The position numbers were made by a program, and so were the translations under genes. This document shows positions 11,040 through 19,266 of a DNA stretch of 19,266 nucleotides, in pieces. Numbering within the stretch: the first letter of the stretch is position 1; every line of letters starts with the position of its first letter. The stretch is from contig JAQGDQ010001959.1 of the NCBI GenBank assembly GCA_030141605.1, positions 1-19,266 of the forward strand, in the 5' to 3' direction. A model generated the notes under the pieces. That model worked only from the letters and a program-made list of their open reading frames with translations, did not search any database and had not been told where the DNA came from. The stretch is from Tubiluchus corallicola. Its lineage: Eukaryota > Animalia > Priapulida.

Positions 11040-11304
11040 TGCCTAGTACAACACACAGAATATCATACAGTAGCAATGTACTTCAATTTTCGTTTTGGCA
11101 ACATGTGCAACTCGTGTTTTTGCTGTTAAAAATTATGTTAGTTTGTGATGTCGTCAATAGTCTCGGGCTCGCCCGTAATTAAGTTTTTAATCCGATGTTT
11201 AATAATCAGAAAAGCTTTTGCAGTATTTATTTGGCTAAAATGTCAACTTTTTACCCTACTTGAAAATGGGGTAGCGTATGGAAAATCACCCTGTCTTCCT
11301 TTAA
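11040..11304 (-). mobile_element. TTAA|AGG family end, copy 3 (inverted, more diverged)
   Basis: Ends ttcctttaa. Contains aaaattatgttagtttgtgatgtc and aaaatggggtag, reverse complements of copy 1/2 blocks. Confidence 0.75.
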
Positions 11305-11648
11305 CAAAGATTAGTAAAATTTATACCTCTCGAGACAAAAACCTGCTAGTTGCTTTCTCTGAGTTAGTTTGTGATTCGTTTTTACAAACTTTAGTATAAA
11401 ATATTGAACTTTTATATTATATCTGTCACTTTTATATTATACAGGTCGTTTTGTGTAAATTGATACTATTTGATTTTAGTTATTCTTTTATTGGTATATT
11501 GATTTATTGGTATTTAAAAGTCTTGCGAATATAACAGCTATTTTATTTACAAAGTTTTTTTAACCATACCCTGCAAATAGAGGGTCCCTGTGTGTATTTT
11601 ATGTAAATATTTGTATATGCGTTTAATTTTAAATTATAAATAAAGAAT

Positions 11649-11649
<1 letters not shown>

Positions 11650-11737
<88 letters not shown>
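11650..11737. repeat. (AAT)n microsatellite
   Basis: Directly visible. Confidence 0.98.
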
Positions 11738-11741
<4 letters not shown>

Positions 11742-12599
11742 GACGATCGGAAAGGCATCGAAAATATTCTCGTACAATTCTCCAACTAGGAATCGTTTAG
11801 CACCCCCTCTCTCACAGTTCTGGATCCGCCCTTCTGACTGACTTAAATCGTGTTGTTTGGTCGATAACGCAGCTGAATATTAACGGCACTAAATGCAAAT
11901 TTATGGTTCAATCCACGTCAAAAGCGGAAATCTTCGAATCTGTCTGCTCATTTCATATTCGAATTGAATTGCCGATGATGATCGGCGGCAATGGACAGCG
12001 GAGCAGCGTGGTTAGTTGATGAAAAAAGTGTTTGCCTTGAAATTGCTCTAAATTTAAGTGTCTTTGTATGGATGCTCACAGTTCCACGGAGTCAAAGTTC
12101 AAAGAAAAGGTCAAAGGTCAAATGTCGAGGTCACCTGTCGTCTTTAGTGACCCAGTTACAACTTAAAGTAAAAGAGCCATCATTTTAACCCAATTACGTT
12201 TTCATATTTTTTTCAAAACAATTTTTTTCGGTTGAGAAACCATTTTTATTTCCATAGTCAACATTGCTATCCTATTTTTTGTGTACCAGCAGCGGAAGGT
12301 GATTTGGCAAAATGGTCTCGGTGTGTGCTTAGCGACCAAAGTTAAACAACACTGAGATAGAGCAGAAAATGGATGGATAACAGCAAAATCTGTTGGTGTT
12401 TTGTCTCCTAGAAGGATTTTTGGACGGAACTCAGACACGCTTGCTGGTTCAACTTCATAGTGGATTAGACCTGTTGATGACCTTGGATCTAGATTCTAGT
12501 ATTGCCACATTCCTACTGTTTACTGGATTTCAATCTGTAGAGTGTGGAACTGTGTAAAATAGTATCAAAATGTTTTTATGTAATGTATAAATTCAACAG

Positions 12600-13047
<448 letters not shown>

Positions 13048-13369
13048 ACAAAAGTTTTAAGACAACAAGTCAAGAAAAATACATGAGAGGTGTTTAATAT
13101 CAGCAATAAACAATATTTGCTTTTAGTTCCTCTGTATCAATCGACTGAGCGTGGCCATCATACGCTATCACTCCGCAATCCAGAAGATTAAGCCCCATTC
13201 ATTTTTTATAACAAATCTTTTTCCGTGTTTCAGTTTCAGTTGAAACAATGTCGTAAACTGATTGATTTTTTATTGTCTTGATTCCATGTATTAAGTGTTT
13301 TTACTTCAACTTGGCTAATTTTCAATTGAAGATTAGCCGATTGTTCCGTTGCTTAAATTTTTATGACAC

Positions 13370-13740
13370 AGACGTTTATCGTCCATAACACAAAAAGTTG
13401 CCCATATGATTCATTTCATATTTTGCTGTTCATTTACTAAACCCAGTTTTATGTATAGTAAGAATAGCAGTGGACCTAATACTGAACCTTGAGGAACAAG
13501 GTGCATTCGTTTTGAATATCGGACATACGAACACGATGACACTTACTCAAATCATAATTTCATTTTTCCTAGACTTTACTAAACTAGTTTATATTTAAGT
13601 TTTGAATTTCTAGTTGCACTTAAAGTTTAGCTTGCACCAGACGCATTTGCCCAGAACAGTGTATGTTTTTATATGAACTAACACTGATTGTCTGTCTTTT
13701 ATTATGATGGTCAATGTTTTTAAAATGGCAAATAAAGATT
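13370..13740 (-). mobile_element. Decayed LINE RT remnant
   Basis: The minus strand gives LVPQGSVLGPLLFLLYI (~13450-13500). Weaker frame-shifted hints are FVFMDD (~13380) and FKNIDH (~13710). Outer boundaries are approximate. Confidence 0.7.
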
Positions 13741-13741
13741 T

Positions 13742-14187
<446 letters not shown>

Positions 14188-14699
14188 TTCTCAATATGGA
14201 CGCTGCGATCTTTTCAGTTGTACTAAGACACGCAGAAAACCTGAAAAACTCCTGTGTTTATTTCCTTTATGTCCTACTGGTTTGAAAATATTTTCAAGAT
14301 TATTATCTCAAATTAGAAAGATAAATAAACCTGGGGATGCGGACGCAGATGATCACAGACGGAGAGCAAGTTCTCACGCGCGCGTGCTTCCCTCTGCATT
14401 GGGCCAATTTTACTGTAGCATATCCAACCGAGATCTATTTTGTGACTTCAAAGAGTTCTGTCCTTGCCTCATTTGTGGAAAGTGACGTCACGCAGAGCCT
14501 GGAATATACGAAAGACGACGCGTATAATCGTTATTAAATTAGCTATATTACGTGGCAGGTATGAAGGGCGTCTCAAGGTCAGCGCAGAAGCCATTGACTG
14601 TTTTTTGGAGAAATAGAATTGCATTCGATTCCATTCTGTTCAGTTCATCGATTCGTTTGCTTGTTGTGTATTTTATTTATTGGTTTATTCATTTTGGAA

Positions 14700-15895
14700 G
14701 TTCGTTTATTCGTTTGTTTGTTCGTTCAATTCGTTCATTCAATCGATCGATGGATCGATCGTTCGTTCATTTATTCATTCGATTAATCGATCGTTCGCTC
14801 ATTCATTCATTCATTCGTTCATTCATTCATTAATTAATTCATTCATTCATTCATTCATTCATTCATTCATTCATTCATTCATTCATTCATTCATTCATTC
14901 ATTCATTCATTCATTCATTCATTCATTCATTCATTCATTCATTCATTCATTCATTCATTCATTTATTCACTCATTCACTCATTCGTTCATTCTTTGTGCA
15001 TTTATTTATATACTTATTTATTTATTCATTTATCATTCATTCATTCATTCATTCATTTTTTCACTTATTTATTCATTCACTCATTCCTTCATTCACTGAC
15101 TCAGTCATTCATTCATTCACTTATTCTTTCATTCACTCGTCCATTCACTCACTGGCTCACTACTCTCTCATTCATTCATTCACGTATTCCTTCGTTCATT
15201 CAGCCATTCACTCACTGACACACTCACTCACTCATTCATTCATTCAACTGTTCATCTAATATTCCACAAATTCACTCTGTTACATCACCTAAATGACTGT
15301 AATAACTATATCACGGTTTTTTTCTGATAACAGAACCCCTACACACTATTAACCCAGCAAAACCCCAGACTTGCAGTTGACTCTTAGCCACTATACCAAA
15401 AACCTCTGGGGTTTATAAGCTCACGTTTCATTCGTTCATTCGTTCGTTCGTTCGTTCGTTCATTCATTCGTTTATCCATTCATTCATTCGTTCGTTCGTT
15501 CATTCATTGGTTCGTTCGTGCATTCGTTCACTCACTGTCTCCACACTCACTCACTCATTCATTCATTCACTCATTCTTTCATTCACTCGTCCATTCACTC
15601 ACTGACTGACTCACTGACTCAGTCATTCATTCATTCACTCATTCTTTCATTCACTCGTCCATTCACTCACTGACTCACTACTCTCTCATTCATTCATTCA
15701 CGCATTCCTTCGTTCAGTCAGCCATTCACTCACTGACACATTCACTCACTCACTCATTCATTCAACTGTACATCTAATGTTCCACAAATTCATACTGATC
15801 ACTCTGTTTCATCATCTAAATCACTGCAATGAATATATCACTGCCAGTTGACTCTTAACCATCATAACAAACCTCTGGGGTGGTTTATAAGCTCA
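14700..15895. repeat. (ATTC)n/(GTTC)n/(ACTC)n field containing a local duplication
   Basis: 15094-15423 is repeated at 15613-15895, including the non-microsatellite text catctaat.ttccacaaattca...cagttgactctta...aacctctgggg...gtttataagctca. Confidence 0.92.
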
Positions 15896-16174
15896 ATGCA
15901 CATCCTTTCTAATTACCAGCACAAAGACACCATCTCACAATGGAAACTCCCAATACAAATGTTTATCTATCCCATTATACTCTACCGTTAGTAAGGCTGA
16001 ACAATCTTGTAATCTCTCCTCCATTATACGACCTCAAAAAGTAGGAATTACCCCTTCGTAGAAAAACATACAGAGATACCCAGTGTTTGCCCACGCAGTT
16101 TGAGAAAAATGCCACCAGGAAAGAAATTATGATGATTCTGTTTTCACAGAGGAGTTAGGAAAATAGTCTTTCCC

Positions 16175-16477
16175 TTGTACACAGTATCCGTGAACATTTT
16201 GTGCACATTTTTATGTGTTTTCGTTTGTATTGTTATGTGCTGTACATTGGGTATTCAACGAGAGAAGAATTGTGGGCATAACTGCATTGTTTTGAGAAGA
16301 ATTATGGGCATAACTGCATTGTTATGTGCTGTACATTGGGTATTCAACGAGAGAAGAATTATGGGCGAGAAGGACAGGAATATTTTACGTACACGTTGAA
16401 TACCCAATGTACAGCACATAACAATACAGACGAAAACATATGAAAATGTGCAAAAAATATTCATGGATATTGTACAA
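16175..16477. repeat. Foldback inverted repeat, ~85-bp arms
   Basis: 16175-16260 matches the reverse complement of 16394-16477. The inner ~34 bp are identical. Confidence 0.92.
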
Positions 16478-16525
16478 ACTAAAAATATTTTGCTACCGCC
16501 TCTGCGAAAACATAAAACAAAACAG

Positions 16526-16574
16526 GCAACAGCAACAGCAGCAACAACAGCAACAACAATAACAGCAATGGTAA

Positions 16575-16612
<38 letters not shown>

Positions 16613-16678
16613 ACAATAACAGCAACGGTAACAGCAGCAGCAGAAGAAGAACAACAACAACATCAACAACAACAGCAA

Positions 16679-16709
<31 letters not shown>

Positions 16710-17020
16710 AACAGCAACGGTAACAGCAGCAGCAGAACAACAACAACAACAACAGCAAGAGCAACAGAAGCAGCAGCAACAACAACAATAACGCCAATGG
16801 TAACAGCAGCAGCAGAACAACAACAACATCAACAACCACAACAGCAACAGCAAGAGCAGCAGAAGCAGCAGCAACAACAACAATAACAGCAACGGTAACA
16901 GCAGCAGCTGAACAACAACAACAACATCAACAACAGTAGCAGCAGCAACAACAAAAAGAACAGCAACGGCAGCAACTACAACAAAAACAACAACAACAAC
17001 AGCACTAGTAGTAGCAACAA
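16526..17020. repeat. Degenerate (CAG/CAA)n tract with higher-order units
   Basis: The motif acaataacagcaacggtaacagcagcagc or a close variant recurs 5 times. Confidence 0.92.
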
Positions 17021-17616
17021 CTTGTAGTGACAAAAACCTCTACAGCCACAATAGCCATCATCGCTCAGTAGCATCAGAGACACACAGTTTCACAACATCC
17101 ATGGTGCGCCTTTTTATTAAGATTTCGTTACAGTATTGCTGCTGATTTTCTCTGACAAATATGGCGTCTAGATATAGGTCCATCATAGATACTACAGTGA
17201 CTATTTTAATAATTCATATAAAACCATGTAGTGTATTACAGCTTCACTGACAGATTCCCAATAATTGTGTTTTGCCATTAATTGTTTATGACGTAACAAA
17301 GCTATAAGTGACATCATATAATTATATGGCCACAAACAAAACTGTACCGAGTGTCATAAAATTACCGTTTGGCGGAGTTTTGTAGCATAAACGCGCCGAG
17401 TGTTTTTCACTCATTGTGTTCGTGGAAAAGTTTCTGTGTATTTTGAATTGTGGTGTAGCATTAATGTGCCACTAATAGGCTATCTAGGCTGTAGTTTAGG
17501 GCGAGAGATTTTAGGGGCGCCATATTTTACGGGTCCATTGTTAAAAAATCTCATTCTCTTCGGAAAATAGGTATCCTTTCAAATTCGTATAGGGCCAAAA
17601 GCTCGTATTGTATAAA

Positions 17617-17898
17617 ACACCACAAGCAGTTTTTGCATCATTATATAAGAACCATTATGACAAACCCATAATAGAGAGAGGTGAAAGGTAATTAACAGTA
17701 ACCATGTAATGTGTTATTAATACACCACAAATACTTGTGTTTCCCCTTCGTATATAAACGGTCACAAACCCATAATAGAGAGGGGTGAAGGGTAAATAAG
17801 AGTAACCACGTAATCGTGTTAGTAATACACCACAAATAATTGTGTTTCGGCTTCGCATATAAACTGTCATCACAAAACCATAATAGAGAGGTGTGAAA
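17617..17898 (+). repeat. Tandem array, ~2.5 x 104-108 bp
   Basis: acaaa(c/a)ccataatagagag anchors at 17660, 17764 and 17872. Confidence 0.88.
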
Positions 17899-19162
17899 AC
17901 GAGATACGAGCCCAAGGAGGTCGTAATGTTTTGTCTTTCTACGCTCCTGGTAGCAATCGTTTAGATTTTACGTGCTGGCTGAGTTAAAACGGCTACAGCA
18001 ACGGCAAATTTGATTATTTTCTCGCAAAAGAAAATTCTCGCGGATTAAATCAATGTTCCTTACGAAGAGTTGCATCAGAAACAAACAAGACGGCACTCCT
18101 ATTGGGGAAAAACGTAATTGGCCTTCTTTTCTAAACACCTGCTGATCTACCAAGAGACGAACTTGATGACGTCACGGAGAAGCAAGACGGGGATTCTTTA
18201 TTGTCCAGTGCATCGGTTGACTGACGTCACAAAAGCAAAGATTTCAGCTCAGAGTGTTTGTCTCACAGAAACTATCTAACGTTTTCATTTAATCTTTGTG
18301 AATTGGTATAATAGAAACTTTTATATGTGATATCCCCCCCCCCCCCGCTTAAACACTTATAGACACTATTTGTTAAATTTTACCACAGTTGCTTATATAG
18401 TGAAAATCACATAACAGCTAATTTCTTTGCTCATGTCGTGACAATGAGATACTAAAATCCTCGCGAGGCAGCTGTTTGAATATTTCTTGAGCGCTTGATA
18501 GTGTCGTGGTAGTCGCACGTGTCCGCTTGCCGCCTCGTCACGTGCCGCGTCATTGTTAAGCCACACTGGCCTGCGTGAGCACATATTAAAACAACTTATT
18601 AAATATTTTTGGAACGGTGCCAAATTTGCTATCGATACCTACTAAAATTTAATTTGTCTGAAAACTACTGCAGCTTAGCTAATGTTTGTGCACAAGTATC
18701 ACAACATTTTTTCGGTAAAATCTCTTCAATCGACGAATGACGTCATTGGTGGAAGAACGGGGAAGTTTACAATGCGAGTGCCCAAGCATGAAATGATCAC
18801 GACTTGCTAGTGATTTTACTAATCACACGAGGCGCTTATCACACTTTTATTACTAAATCTTTCAAACAACCTACCAAAAGGCTAGGCTTTTTCCTTTAAT
18901 TACTCAGAACAGCACGTGATTTCAGATTTTAAAGTCGAAGAAAATGCAATTTTAAAGTTCAGATGGCGCTGCGTCAAGTTCAGAAATTATCACAGCATTC
19001 GTATAACACTGCTCCCTAACTAAGCATAAATTTGAAATACATTATCAATATAAAATTGCCAATATTGTTAAAGTATTTTCTATATTGTCGGGTAAGATTA
19101 AAAATATGTTTTTTGGTGAATCAGTGGTGCACACTGGGATGGTGAAACAGTGACGTTTCACC

Positions 19163-19266
19163 ATTCAGTCATTCGCTCGTTTGTTCTTTCATTCATTCAC
19201 TCACTAATTCACTCATTCACTCACTCATTCATTCATTCATTCATTCATTCATTCACTCATTGGTTC
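19163..19266. repeat. (ATTC/ACTC)n tract running off the window
   Basis: Directly visible. Confidence 0.92.

Noticed and set aside
16448-16711. Poly-Gln/Ala coding exon
   Set aside because: Frame shifts between higher-order units, and no non-repetitive coding flank.

Overview
Non-coding, AT-rich eukaryotic DNA (intronic or intergenic). It is probably from a marine invertebrate such as a mollusc, inferred from repeat types only. I find no credible host gene, prokaryotic system or CRISPR array. Most long ORFs in the track are translations of microsatellites ((CT)n, (AAT)n, (ATATT)n, (ACT)n, (ATTC)n, (CAG/CAA)n); the rest show no recognisable protein except one LINE remnant. Between the microsatellites lie decayed mobile elements: a rearranged CR1/L2-type LINE fragment inside a 34-bp direct repeat, with an inverted second copy of its 3' end; further LINE RT remnants; a tRNA-derived Meta/MESC-like SINE; three ends of a TTAA-AGG (Kolobok-like) non-autonomous family; several 60-170 bp tandem arrays; a degenerate (CCTAA)n tract; and an ~85-bp-arm foldback. 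The most unusual observations are a minisatellite built on the LINE RT 'GVPQG..GP' motif, the patchwork LINE insertion, a microsatellite bracketed by a perfect 37-bp duplication, and a possible 2.9-kb TTAA-bounded composite carrying three tandem arrays. None is demonstrably a new biological system.
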